Shown: piece after piece, positions 10,316-21,322 of the stretch
Layout: every line of letters begins with the position of its first letter
Position numbering within the stretch: the first letter of the stretch is position 1
Position numbers and translations under genes: made by a program
Assembly (NCBI GenBank): GCA_034226945.1
Contig: CP120459.1
Location: 434,001 to 498,000 of the forward strand
Origin: Picochlorum sp. SENEW3
Lineage: Eukaryota
Reading direction: 5' to 3'
DNA: 64,000 bases
The notes under the pieces: generated by a model
Seen by the model: the letters and a program-made list of their open reading frames with translations, nothing else
What the model was told of the DNA's origin: nothing
The model's database searches: none

Positions 10316-12292
10316 TTACATTGATCGATCCATCTTTTTCTTGGCTCTATCCTTTCTATGGTGATTTCCAATGGCTGCCTTGTTCTTCTCTTTGTTGACC
10401 CTTCCTCTACCTCTACCCCGACCACTATTATGACTGGATTGCTTGGCAGGTCCACCCGAAGGAGCCATGTTCTTGGCATTACCTCCTGGTCCAAGTCCAT
10501 GGATTTCGAGCTGTGCAAGCTTTTGCTCGGCCAGCACGGCGTCTGCCTCTGCCTGACTGGAAACTTCTTTGGAGCCTGGCTTGGGATAGTTGTACACTCT
10601 TCCATCTAGAATCCACAACTTTGACCCTTTCCCTTTCGTTTGTTTTGGCTTTTGCACACTGTTTGTAGGTGTGATATCTTTGGGTACTTCGTCATCATCA
10701 CTCTCTCCTACGATTGTGTCAGCAGCGACTTTGACATCATCATATTCATCATCATACTCATCCTCATATTCCCACTGCATCGCAAGGGCAGAACTCCGTA
10801 AACGATCCTTATAGGAAGATTCTATGGTATCCAAAAACTTGGATGTGACGGCATCCGGAGCAGCCTTTTTCTGTGGTAGCTCTGGAAATTCTTCTGGAGT
10901 CTCCTTGTTTGTGGTCCTATTGCCATGTACCTGTGCCATGTACCCTTCCCAATTCAGTGATGTATCTACGCCTTCAACAGCCTGTGGCGGAGCACCAGAG
11001 AGCAGAGCATCAATAACCTTCTCGGGATCATTGCCTAGCGCATCCAAGCAGAGTGCTACAAACCCAGCCCCAAAATCTGGAAGAATTTCCGTAACCCTGG
11101 ACACCAAGGCCATCTTCTCTACACCTGATGTATCCTCAACATGCTCTGATATATTCTCTATACTTGAGGTACCTAAAATTGCTGTTACATACTCCTTCTG
11201 CGCATCGTCCAAATAGACTACATCTCGCTCCATTGCCTCTTGAATCCTGCCACCGAGATTGAATTTCTTGGCCAATGCACGCCCCATGGCATCCCCAGCC
11301 TCCTCATACAAACCTTCTCTACCCCCTAATATACATAAAGAATGCATCAGCATTTCACCTTGGCGAATAGAGGCCTCATTCACGCCGGAACTCCCCCCGG
11401 CTCCACCAGAATCTTCCTCCCAAAGCTCGAGGAAACAACTCAACAGTAAATCCATCGCCTTCTCGCACGCATGTTCCAACTCACTACAATCCCTCGTAAA
11501 CTCTTTCGTTGCCTTGGATTGCTGCTGCGCATAGAAGTACAATCGAGGAATCAAGCCATCGTGCACCTGATCCAATGCTTGCACCATGTGAAAGCCAGTC
11601 TCCACAAACAGCCTCCTCACCCGCAAAGAGGAGCCCATAACACAGCACAGCGTCAGACAGGCGTCCTTTACATACGCGACACCATCTACGATATCATGAT
11701 CCCGCCCACCAGACACATGCTCTGCCAGCATCTGAGCACCTGTAGAAAGATTCTGTGCAATCTCTTCTGAAGCTGTGCACACCTGACGTTCCAAGGATGG
11801 ACCCCCCAACTCCAACATTGCCGTGATTAATTGACCGCATTCCTCTTGATTGTACACATAGTATAAACTCGCCACATCAAACAAACACACAACAGTCAAC
11901 AGGGGACCCAGCACACCCACCACCAACTCCTGCTGCCCTCTACTATACAAGCCCACCACATCCACCAACACCTTCTTCAACACCACAAAAACCTTTGAAT
12001 ACAACTCAGTCTCGAGTTCCCAACATTTAGGATTCCCCGACACCCGATCAAATGGACGAGGAGCATATGCCAAGAAAGACTCAAGACTCTCCAGCAGCCC
12101 ACATTCCTTCCCCATGACACGCTCCAGCACCGCCACATTCACTCCCTTTGCTTGTATAATCTTATTTTCGATATCATCAAGCACATGATCAATGCCCCTG
12201 ATCAAGGATTCGAGCAATTCCAAACGGCGTTGCTGGTTGTGTGCATCCCTTCCTCCTGCCGTGCTCGGAACATATGGCACGATCACCGCCAT
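10316..12292 (-). CDS. ASCC2: Activating signal cointegrator 1 complex subunit 2 (CUE domain)
   Basis: CUE-like ILPDFGAGFV...DPEKVIDALL, YEDEYDD, C-terminal KEKNKAAIGNHHRKDRAKKKM. Confidence 0.85.
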   Translation of the reverse strand: MAVIVPYVPSTAGGRDAHNQQRRLELLESLIRGIDHVLDDIENKIIQAKGVNVAVLERVMGKECGLLESLESFLAYAPRPFDRVSGNPKCWELETELYSKVFVVLKKVLVDVVGLYSRGQQELVVGVLGPLLTVVCLFDVASLYYVYNQEECGQLITAMLELGGPSLERQVCTASEEIAQNLSTGAQMLAEHVSGGRDHDIVDGVAYVKDACLTLCCVMGSSLRVRRLFVETGFHMVQALDQVHDGLIPRLYFYAQQQSKATKEFTRDCSELEHACEKAMDLLLSCFLELWEEDSGGAGGSSGVNEASIRQGEMLMHSLCILGGREGLYEEAGDAMGRALAKKFNLGGRIQEAMERDVVYLDDAQKEYVTAILGTSSIENISEHVEDTSGVEKMALVSRVTEILPDFGAGFVALCLDALGNDPEKVIDALLSGAPPQAVEGVDTSLNWEGYMAQVHGNRTTNKETPEEFPELPQKKAAPDAVTSKFLDTIESSYKDRLRSSALAMQWEYEDEYDDEYDDVKVAADTIVGESDDDEVPKDITPTNSVQKPKQTKGKGSKLWILDGRVYNYPKPGSKEVSSQAEADAVLAEQKLAQLEIHGLGPGGNAKNMAPSGGPAKQSSHNSGRGRGRGRVNKEKNKAAIGNHHRKDRAKKKMDRSM

Positions 12293-12387
12293 TCTATATG
12301 ATTAGGCTCTACATGCACATAATGGTATTCTCATGTGCGGTGGCATGTGGGGACTCGGACTTACTCCGTATAAAGAAATTTAAAATC

Positions 12388-12395
12388 TGGCGCCA
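12388..12395. promoter_or_regulatory. Candidate E2F site upstream of CAF-1 large subunit
   Basis: Palindromic TGGCGCCA in AT-rich flanks in the ASCC2/CAF-1 divergent spacer. Confidence 0.4.
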
Positions 12396-12765
12396 TATTT
12401 TTGAAATTGGTCTTGATTGTCCCCACGATTCTTCCACACGTGTATCCTGTTCAAAATAGTATATAAATACCCCATAGGTACGAAGAATTATTTCTCTGAT
12501 GGAGGGTCGCAGAGAAGGCAATCCCTCTGTCCGTCGTTGGTTTTGAACATCGCTCGGATTGTAACAACGACTGTTTGCCCTCGTTATATCCCTCTGTTGC
12601 AGTCTTTATCATTTATATATCCATATATGTGCTGATTGCAGGGTGGATTGGTACAGTGGATGGGCTTTTGGTTGGCCGTTTGAATCTGGTTGGTCCGAGC
12701 ACTTGAGAGAGAGAAGAAGGCATTGTTTGAACATTTGGTAGGGATTTTGATACGTGATTGGAGAT

Positions 12766-15708
12766 ATGTCACATGTAGATGAGAACGCGGCTGATGCTGT
12801 GGCTGAGAAGGTGTCGTTGCCCGAGAAAGAAAAGGGTACAAAAGGTGAGCCTTCTCCAAAGACATTGCAAAAGGATGGGGAGAAGAAGGGGACACTGAGC
12901 GCATTGTGGAGCAAAAATAAAAAGAAGAAATCGATGGTTGTCATTGATATGACAATGGATGATGGCGAGGTTGCTGAAGAGAAGAAGGATGATGGTGACA
13001 CTGCTGAAGAGAAGAAGGATGGTGGTGAGGATTTTACAATTCAAAAGTGTCATGAATTTGATTTGATTCGTCCGAAGGATTCCCCAATGGAAGAGAAGAA
13101 GAATGATTCACAGGTTGTTGCAGATGAGATGGGAAAAGATGAGGCAGTGCACTCGGATTCCAAGAAGAGGAAGCGCTCAACGTTGCCTGATGCTGCGCTG
13201 AGTGATCTGGAGGAGGCTTTCAAAACTGATCCCTTCCCATCGCAGCACGTGAAGACTACACTGGCGGAGAAGCATAATTTGGAGTTCAAACGAGTTTCGA
13301 ATTGGTTTGATAGGAGAAGGAAGACTGCTCGGTTGGCCGGAGATTTGCCTGAACAAAAGAGTTGTAGTGCCAAGGGTACTACCACGTGCGAGGCGCCAGC
13401 ATCCGAAGAAAATAAAGGGAACGATTCTGTGGAGAAGGGTCAAGAGAAGACACAATCTTGCGTGAGCGATGCATGGTTGATGGAGAGGATTGGGGTTACC
13501 AGAGGGGATTTAGAGGCTGAAGCAAAGCAGTTACGAGAGAGGGGTTTGCTCGATCCTTTGGTCGACATCAACACAGTCAAAGATGAGATGGAATACTCAG
13601 AGTCGAGTCTCTGCAAGCTTGTTGTCGGGCAGCGCTGCACACTGAGTGAACTTGTTTCTATGCTGCATCCTGTGTTTACATTGAATCAACCACAGGAGGA
13701 CGCGTTGCGATGTTCTATTGTCGACTTGATGGTGCGAAAGACCTATGATCCTGTTAATAAATCGTTAGAGAAACTGCAATGGCTTGAGTGGAAGAATGAG
13801 GATAGTGTGGGGAATGGTCTGTGGCAATGGGAAGCACGAGAGAGAGACACCATCCCAAGATCGTCAAGGACCCATGCTGGTGCTCTGAAACGCCGAGCGA
13901 GCAAAGTTTTGGATCGTTTAAAGTGCATTGAAAATGTGCTGAACTCGGACGAGTCGAAGATGGGGAAAGCGGAGAAGGCCATTGAAAGTTTCAAAAAGAC
14001 TTCAAGCCTGAAGCAGATGGAAGAGGAGTTTGAGGCCCAGAAGGCCGCAGAAGCATCGAAAGAGGCTAAAGAGCGACTGAAAGAAATGAAAGATCTTGAA
14101 AAGGCAAAGACGGTCCAACAGAAGGAAGAGGAGCGGCGGGTGGCCAAGGAGGTCAAGGAGAGACAGAAGAGGGAACGAGAGGAGGCTCGGGAAAAGGCTG
14201 CAGTGGAAAGAGAGGCTGAAAGGCAGAGGAAGAAAGCTGCAAAAGAAGAAGAGAGATTGCAGAAAAAGCGAGAAAGAGAGATGGAGAAGGTAAAAAAGGC
14301 AGAGGAGGCTGGGAAGAACAAGCTCTGCAAAAAGACTGGTTTCAAGGACCAAGCATCTCTAAATAAGACTGCCGACAAGTTCAAAACATTCTTTGCGAGT
14401 GCAACTCCAAAAAGTGAGAGTCGTCGTGATGAGGTCATCTCTCCATCCGAAAAGTCAAACCTGTCGTATTATGAGAAGAAGTTTCCAAAGCCTCCTGCTG
14501 GAAGCTTTACCCAGCCCCAAATACCTGCCAAAGCCATCTCGCTGGATGAAAGGCCCGAGCATATAGATTTGCTGGAACAGTGGAAATGTTTCGTGTCCAA
14601 GGCTGGAGAAAAGGCTGCGTCACAGAGAGAGGAACACAAGAAGAAATACCTCGGCCTTCCCCCAAGTTGGGCGCAATCTGGTGATGCTCGGGAAAAGGCC
14701 CTGGAGCGAATGGAAGAATTGAAAGGATCTGGTGTCGAACCAGAGAACATAAAAGTATGGAGAAGAAAATTCATTTGGTTTCCAGCGGACTCAAAAAGAC
14801 CTCCGTATTATGGCTCCCATTCCCTCACAACAGATCAGGTGTCAGCTCGTCGGCCATTTGGTAAAGAACAGAGCTTGGATTACGACGTCATGTCTGATCT
14901 TGACTGGGAAGACGAGCCAGAGGGATCATCTTTGTCAAAAGATTCGCTCGACTCTGAAGCCGCAAATGAAACAGCAGATGAGGAGGACTCATTCTTTGTA
15001 GCAGATGGCTACTTATCAGCAGATGAAGGTATCCAGCTAGAGGAGCAAGAAGAAGAAGAAGGGGAACCACTCAATTTGGATGAGATTCATTTAGGCACGG
15101 ACATTGCATCTAAAAGTAATCGACAGGCTTGTAGGAAGACTTTGGCGGCATTTTTAGACAAATCAAGGAGGACTGGCAGGCCACTGATCTTGTCACGGGA
15201 ATCCGTCAATGCCGACGCAAATCATGGTGCATGCTTCCATGCAGACATGGACAATACCCTGATTGCAGCATTAGAAATGGATATACTTTTGCCGGGCGCA
15301 GTATTCGAGGTCCCAGCAGACCCGAATGAGCCAGTGGAAGGCCAAGATACAGCAACTGTTGCATCTCCAGAAGAAGCCAGAAAAGTCGGCGAGCATGCAG
15401 CCACTGTGGGAGGTGGCTCACACGCTGATTTGTTGCCAGATCTCTCTACATATATCGTGGAAAATGCGGCGTTGACGAAACCAATGCTCATCGAGGGATT
15501 TATTAGAAAGCAAGAGGGCAGGAAAATCACCAAGAAATGGATTAATGAAGCTATTTCATTGCTCGCAACAAGGTCTGGCTCCCAGTGGGTTCTCAAAGAT
15601 AAGAAGGAATTTGTGCCAGATACATCAGTTGCGTGCACACCGCAATGTACGCTAAAAGCTCCTCAGACAACAGAGAAGATTGGGCCAACAAACTCCAAGC
15701 AAGAATAA
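12766..15708 (+). CDS. FAS1: Chromatin assembly factor 1 large subunit with N-terminal homeodomain
   Basis: KER coiled coil, RPPYYGS...RRPF...LDYDVMSDLDWEDEPEG, FFVADGYLSADEG; homeodomain near 13162-13335. Confidence 0.9.
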   Translation: MSHVDENAADAVAEKVSLPEKEKGTKGEPSPKTLQKDGEKKGTLSALWSKNKKKKSMVVIDMTMDDGEVAEEKKDDGDTAEEKKDGGEDFTIQKCHEFDLIRPKDSPMEEKKNDSQVVADEMGKDEAVHSDSKKRKRSTLPDAALSDLEEAFKTDPFPSQHVKTTLAEKHNLEFKRVSNWFDRRRKTARLAGDLPEQKSCSAKGTTTCEAPASEENKGNDSVEKGQEKTQSCVSDAWLMERIGVTRGDLEAEAKQLRERGLLDPLVDINTVKDEMEYSESSLCKLVVGQRCTLSELVSMLHPVFTLNQPQEDALRCSIVDLMVRKTYDPVNKSLEKLQWLEWKNEDSVGNGLWQWEARERDTIPRSSRTHAGALKRRASKVLDRLKCIENVLNSDESKMGKAEKAIESFKKTSSLKQMEEEFEAQKAAEASKEAKERLKEMKDLEKAKTVQQKEEERRVAKEVKERQKREREEAREKAAVEREAERQRKKAAKEEERLQKKREREMEKVKKAEEAGKNKLCKKTGFKDQASLNKTADKFKTFFASATPKSESRRDEVISPSEKSNLSYYEKKFPKPPAGSFTQPQIPAKAISLDERPEHIDLLEQWKCFVSKAGEKAASQREEHKKKYLGLPPSWAQSGDAREKALERMEELKGSGVEPENIKVWRRKFIWFPADSKRPPYYGSHSLTTDQVSARRPFGKEQSLDYDVMSDLDWEDEPEGSSLSKDSLDSEAANETADEEDSFFVADGYLSADEGIQLEEQEEEEGEPLNLDEIHLGTDIASKSNRQACRKTLAAFLDKSRRTGRPLILSRESVNADANHGACFHADMDNTLIAALEMDILLPGAVFEVPADPNEPVEGQDTATVASPEEARKVGEHAATVGGGSHADLLPDLSTYIVENAALTKPMLIEGFIRKQEGRKITKKWINEAISLLATRSGSQWVLKDKKEFVPDTSVACTPQCTLKAPQTTEKIGPTNSKQE

Positions 15709-15905
15709 CACTACATCAGCCCTTGTTACAAATTCTCTTTCGCGTAAAATTTTATAAAAATTGCACGTAACAAGCTTGTAAGTAGTAAGGCGCTTTACGC
15801 TACTAGAAAATCGTCTCACTCAGCGGTTTGCCATAAAATCACCGCCAGTCATCAAAATTGTCGCTACACATATGACCAAAATCCGCGAAAGCAGATGCTC
15901 GGTGC

Positions 15906-16942
15906 TTAACCATCGATGGTCCATGTCTTCTCGATGAGCATGGTTGGCATCTGCTTGGCAGAGTCGGAATCAGCCAAGTTGGCCTTTGCAGTCACCTTGA
16001 GGTCACCTCCTCCTCCGCTTCCAGAGGTGTTGGTCCACTCGAGAGTTCCATGGCTGGTATTCATGTCATATCCAACCTTGAGCTTGTTGTCATCATCCAC
16101 CTGGTATGTTCCAGAAACGGACAAGCTCTCAGTTCCCAAGTTGTAGGCTGGAGCAATCTCGAAATCTCCAGAAGTGTACGTCCACTTGACAGCACAAGAG
16201 CGGTGGTTTGGCTTGTCAAAGTTGCTCAAGTCATATGTCAAAGATGCAGTGTTGTTATCGTCAACAGCGATAATAGCTTCCAAGGAGGAGGCATTGGCCT
16301 TGAGAGCGTTCCTGTAGACGAGGTCCACGCGCTTCTCATTCAAGTTCACGTGGGTGTTGAGTTTCAGGGATGGAGCATGACCAGCGACATCATAGTTGAG
16401 TTCGAAACGGTCATTCTTCAATCCAACCACGAGACCATCAGCAGTCAATCCATCCTTGACCATGGTATCGGCAAGGCGAACCTGCATCACACAAGGGCCA
16501 ATTCGGTGAGTCGTTGGGTTCCTCGAGGCACCGAGCAATTTTGGGCGCCATGAGACGCCAGACGTTGGAGAACTTCCGACACCACACGTGTCGACCGGAT
16601 CTTCCGATTCATAGCCTCGTCCCATTAATTATGCTCTTTATGACATATATATCACAGAACATAATAGGGTTGGGCGGGTTTATGTGAAATACGTCCATCA
16701 TCGGCGATACTGAGTTGCTGATGACGCATCATCAAGATGGCGAACTCAGATCTGCCACGACGCACGACCAAACACAGTCGCGTCCGTCTCAAAAGGCGCA
16801 TAAAATGTTAGAAATACATATAAAACGCAGCACGTACATTGATCTCATTGTCGTTGTGGTTGAAACGAAGGTTGCAGGCAGCAGAAACGTCCTGGGCAGA
16901 GGTTCCTCCGACGGTCAACACTGGCTTCACGTCAAACTTCAT
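15906..16942 (-). CDS. OEP24: Chloroplast outer envelope pore protein 24-like; exons 16942-16838 and 16481-15906
   Basis: Alternating beta-strand pattern, KWTY...EIAPAYNL...LEW...KVTAKANL...EKTW; phase-0 GTACGT...TGCAG intron. Confidence 0.75.
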
Positions 16943-17330
16943 ATCGATAGGCTTGATTAATGCAGTTGAATCAAAGATTAAGATAAAAGCGGTTCTGGGC
17001 AGTAATAGAACGTATGATGATTTAAGAATGCCTCTCCGGCCATGTCGGAATTGCAGATGCATCTGGCAGTTGATCTACGTCATGGATGGAGCGATCATGG
17101 CTTGGTCGGTCCAAGCGATGTGTTGATGGGATGTGGTTCCTGAAGTCCCGATAAGGTGGCGATGCTGTGTCGGAAACTTTGTCTACAGTGATGTTTGTTA
17201 TAGATCCTCGGATAAATAGGAAAAATACCGTCATTTATATGTTTACAAACCATTGATGGTGCAATCGAAGGGAATATCAGCCCTCTATAGTGCGGGCGAC
17301 TGATCGACCCTGGTATCCATGACTCTGCTC

Positions 17331-20300
17331 TCATGTGATCAAGTCCGAAATGGGGGGCCTGTTCATTCTTCTTGCAGCTGTTCGAGCTGCTGAGCGGAGT
17401 GGTGGTAGGAGATGGTCGCAAAAGGCTGCCTGGCGAAGTGCGTCGACCGTTCTCATGAGCAGTCTTGCAACATCGCCGTCATCAAGCTCACAGTCTCCCG
17501 TCACCTCTGTCCACCCAAGTCCAGAAGCCCACGCTTCCACGACGCCTGCCAAGGTATAATCGAGAGGAGTGGGAAAGTCGATTCCTGCTTCGATTTGAGA
17601 CAATGATAGATCCCTCCGGACTTCATCCAGCTGCTCGATAGTCTCAATAACCTGAGAGGAAGGAGCATATGCACTACCAATCATACTTATCCTGCTGACA
17701 GCGTCTTCAGCAACGAGCGCCGATAATACTGCAGCAAGCTGCGGGGCTGATAGTGTTTGAAGCGACGGGTGGGTCAAGGCAAGCGCCATCCACAGCTCAT
17801 TCGATCCTCTCAGCTCTCGCGACACGAGTCCCAAGGGAGTGAATTCATACTTCATCCAAGTGTCATCCCCATCTTGGTCCACAGACACTGCATCTGATGG
17901 TGCTGAACCGGTTTGTATTTTTCTTGGATCTCTGATCGCTCCATTTGACTCAAGAACCCGTACAATGTTTTGAAAATCCCTCCAGCTTCCTCCAGTGTGA
18001 GACTCTACTTGCTCTCTGATTGCTGCAGCTTGGTCCATGAGTGAACCTGCTTTGGCAAAAGCCTGAGCTCTCTTTCGAGCTTGCTTTTCGATTTTACTAT
18101 TACCTTTTAATGCGTCTATTTCAGCCTTTACTTGCCGAATACGTCTCTTTTGCTCTTCAAGAGCAGAGAGGCCCTCAGCAGAAGGGAACAATGTCTCCAA
18201 TGAGCTGGCTGCAGGGATACAGGACATGATACCCACTGATGTTGAGGAGGAACCCTCCGTCCGAAGTACGCCTTTTGATAAGTTTGTCCACGATTTGGGG
18301 GAGAGGGACGATGCGCGAGTGATGACTTCATCCACAATGGAGTCCATCTCCCTCTCCTTTTTCACTGCAAGGTCAGAAGGTCCAAAAGCTGCTATATTTG
18401 GAGGGAATATGATGTAGATATTGTTATCTGCACCTAAACAGAGGTATTTATCTCCTAGACGCAGGTTTGACATCGCCATCATGTCCTTGTGAATTGACCC
18501 ATACTCATCCACCCGTCCAACCAGTAGGGCTGGAAGACTGTACCCTTCATTAATGCTACTTGCCGATAAATCAATTCCAATAACGCGAGGAATACCTTCC
18601 TGTATACAATGTTCAAGACTTATCATGAATCGTACATATACACCATCGTTGAATCATACGCAACATACCTCTGATAGAATGGACTCTGCCATGGATCCAC
18701 GCTCATCAGTCAACTGCTGCCTGAGCAATTTCGCAGCTCGTTTCTCCTCTCTGCGGCGACCCTGAAGCTTTTCAAACAATTCAATCGAAGATTCAGAACC
18801 TTCGTACGTGTCTTCTGAATCTATTCCGGCAGCCGTGAGAATACTCTGTGCTCTCTTCTCTATTCTCCTAACGTCTCTCAACTGTCTCTTTGTAAAGCTA
18901 CCCGATAAATACATTGAAAAAGATCTGTTCAAAAATTCCTTGGCTTCTCCAAGCGTTCTTGTACGTAATAAATTCAACGCCATGCCATAGTTGGTTGCAA
19001 ATTTCGATTCCAATGATTCTGGGCCACCCTTGAGAATGGTCCACGCGGCGTCTGGGTTGTCCCACCTGCTCTGCACAATAACGCAATGACCCTGACTATC
19101 ATATCCACGTCTTCCTGCTCTTCCAGCCATTTGCATAAGCTCATTGTGTCGAAGCAGTGATATACCGTTATCCCTGCGCTTTGATAACGATGTCAGCAAT
19201 GTTGTCCTTGCTGGCATGTTGATCCCTGCAGCCAATGTCTCTGTCGCAAACACAACTTTGATCAGTCCTTGCTGATATAATCTTTCAATCAAAAGCTTCC
19301 ACCCAGGCAAGCATCCGGCGTGATGAGCTGCCGCCCCCGCTAAGAGTGCTGGAACAGAATCTTCCTTCACAGCCTCTGGTTGTGTCTCTCGCAACGAATC
19401 AACCATGGCACTGATAATAGCCCGCTCATCATCACTCGTCAACTGTACACCCGACCTAAAGATTTTCTTCACCGCGCTCTCGCAATCTTTCCTGCTGAAA
19501 ATGAACCAGATCGCAGGCAGCAGCGATTTCTTTGCAAGGGTCGCTACAGTACCTTCAATCGATGGCACTCGTTCTCGTCGTCGCATTTTATGCCATGGAT
19601 CTGCATTCTCCAACACATCAATCAATTCGTCCAAAGTCCTAGATTTGACACTTTGAAGAGATGCATCCCTCCGGCCAGTCACCACCTCTTCCTCTGCTGT
19701 ATCCCATCTCCCCCATGTGGAAGACCCTCCCCAAGAAAGGTCATCATCGTCACTCTGCCATGACGACAATGACCCAGCTAGAGACTCAACTCTCAAAGAA
19801 GGAGGGATCAATCGGGGATTCAAACCTGCATCGTTGGAATCCAAAAGCGGCAGCATGGTCACCTCACCCTCACCAGGGCTCAAACAAAAATGCCATTGCA
19901 AAGGCACAGGTCGAAATTTCGTGACTATGGTCGCACATGGGCCATGCACTTCCGAAATCCACCCACTAATATCATACGGATTCCGCACGGTTGCCGACAT
20001 GGCCAGTACCAGGACATCAGGGGGCAAGTTGATGATGGACTCTTCCCACACACTTCCCCTTCCCGGATCTCCCAAATAGTGGCATTCATCAAACACGACC
20101 AACTTGACACCATCAAGCCTATTCTGCGATTGATTCGTTTTCCTCGCAATACGCTGTTCCAAGGATACCCCGTCCTCTTCCTCCTCCACCTCCTCCTCCT
20201 CTTCCACTCTGTACAACATGTTCCGAAGAATCTCAGTGGTCATGACAACAATGCGTCCATCGGGATTGATCGATGCATCCCCCGTCTGTAGCCCAGCATC

Positions 20301-20936
20301 ATCCACTCCAAATCTATCTCTCATTTCCATCAACTTTTGGTTCGACAATGCCTTGAGCGGTGTCGTATAAATCACCTTGCCACCCTGTTCTAAAAAGTAC
20401 GTGGCAGCTGCCTCTGCAATCGCCGTCTTCCCTGCCCCAGTCGGCGCACATACCACCACAGAACGACCACACAGAATATGTCGAAACGCCTCTTCTTGAA
20501 ATGGATCCAAAGGGAATGCAAATCCCTTCAAGACATTCTCCACTGTCACTGTCACCTCTGAATCATAAATATCCTCATACACATCACCGTCGTCATTACT
20601 CTCGTCTCCACTCGCATCATCCAATGACACATCATCTACTGTATCTGCTCTCGTAAATCCTTGCGACTCCCACTTCTTCTTCTTCTTGTTCTTCTGGGAA
20701 GACGATGAATCCTTCCTTCCTTTGGAAGAGCGAGGTGGCCTCCTTCCTGTCCCACTCCCTCCTGCACCACTCTCCTGCATCTTCTTCACTCCTCGCCGAC
20801 CACGTCCTCCCCTCCCCCGAAACGCACCCATACGAAAACCATCCAATGCATCCCTCCTTTGACTCCCCCTTGCCAAGGAGACTGGCAGAGCAGTAGAAAC
20901 AGCCACACGCCCTAGTCCCTTCACTGGACCCAGCAT
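17331..20936 (-). CDS. ISE2: Plastid Ski2-like DExH RNA helicase; intron 18600-18668
   Basis: APTGAGKT, PLKALSNQK, DECH, MSAT, QMAGRAGRRG and DSHCT domain DDGDVARLLMRTVD. Confidence 0.92.
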
Positions 20937-20948
20937 CCTATTGGTGTA

Positions 20949-21236
20949 TTAGTACCCTTTATTACCCCGTATTCTCGTTCTAGGATCCAATTGACCTCTC
21001 TTACAAGCAGCGTATGCTGCCCGAAGCCCAGCACATTCTTCTGCCTCCTTTGCACACGTCTTTATATCCTTCTTTTCAACCTATACATATAAATAAATCG
21101 GACATATCATCGTTATCGCCCGCGAGTGTGTCATTTTGCCAGAAAAAAGGCACCCCAGCCTACGTACTTGAAAGCATTCACTTTCTCTCAAACAATGAAC
21201 GAGATCTTTTAGCAATCCAGAGCAACTCTTTGACAT
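20949..21236 (-). CDS. COA5: Cytochrome c oxidase assembly factor COA5/PET191; exons 21236-21168 and 21080-20949
   Basis: Spliced product MSKSCSGLLKDLVHCLRESECFQVEKKDIKTCAKEAEECAGLRAAYAACKRGQLDPRTRIRGNKGY with twin CX9C and diagnostic C-terminus. Confidence 0.92.
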
Positions 21237-21322
21237 ATTGAATACATTATAATAGTTGTAAAGTAATAATCGAAACACTCGGCATGTCCTCTGTCTTTGA
21301 CATTTCTACATTGTACTTGCTG

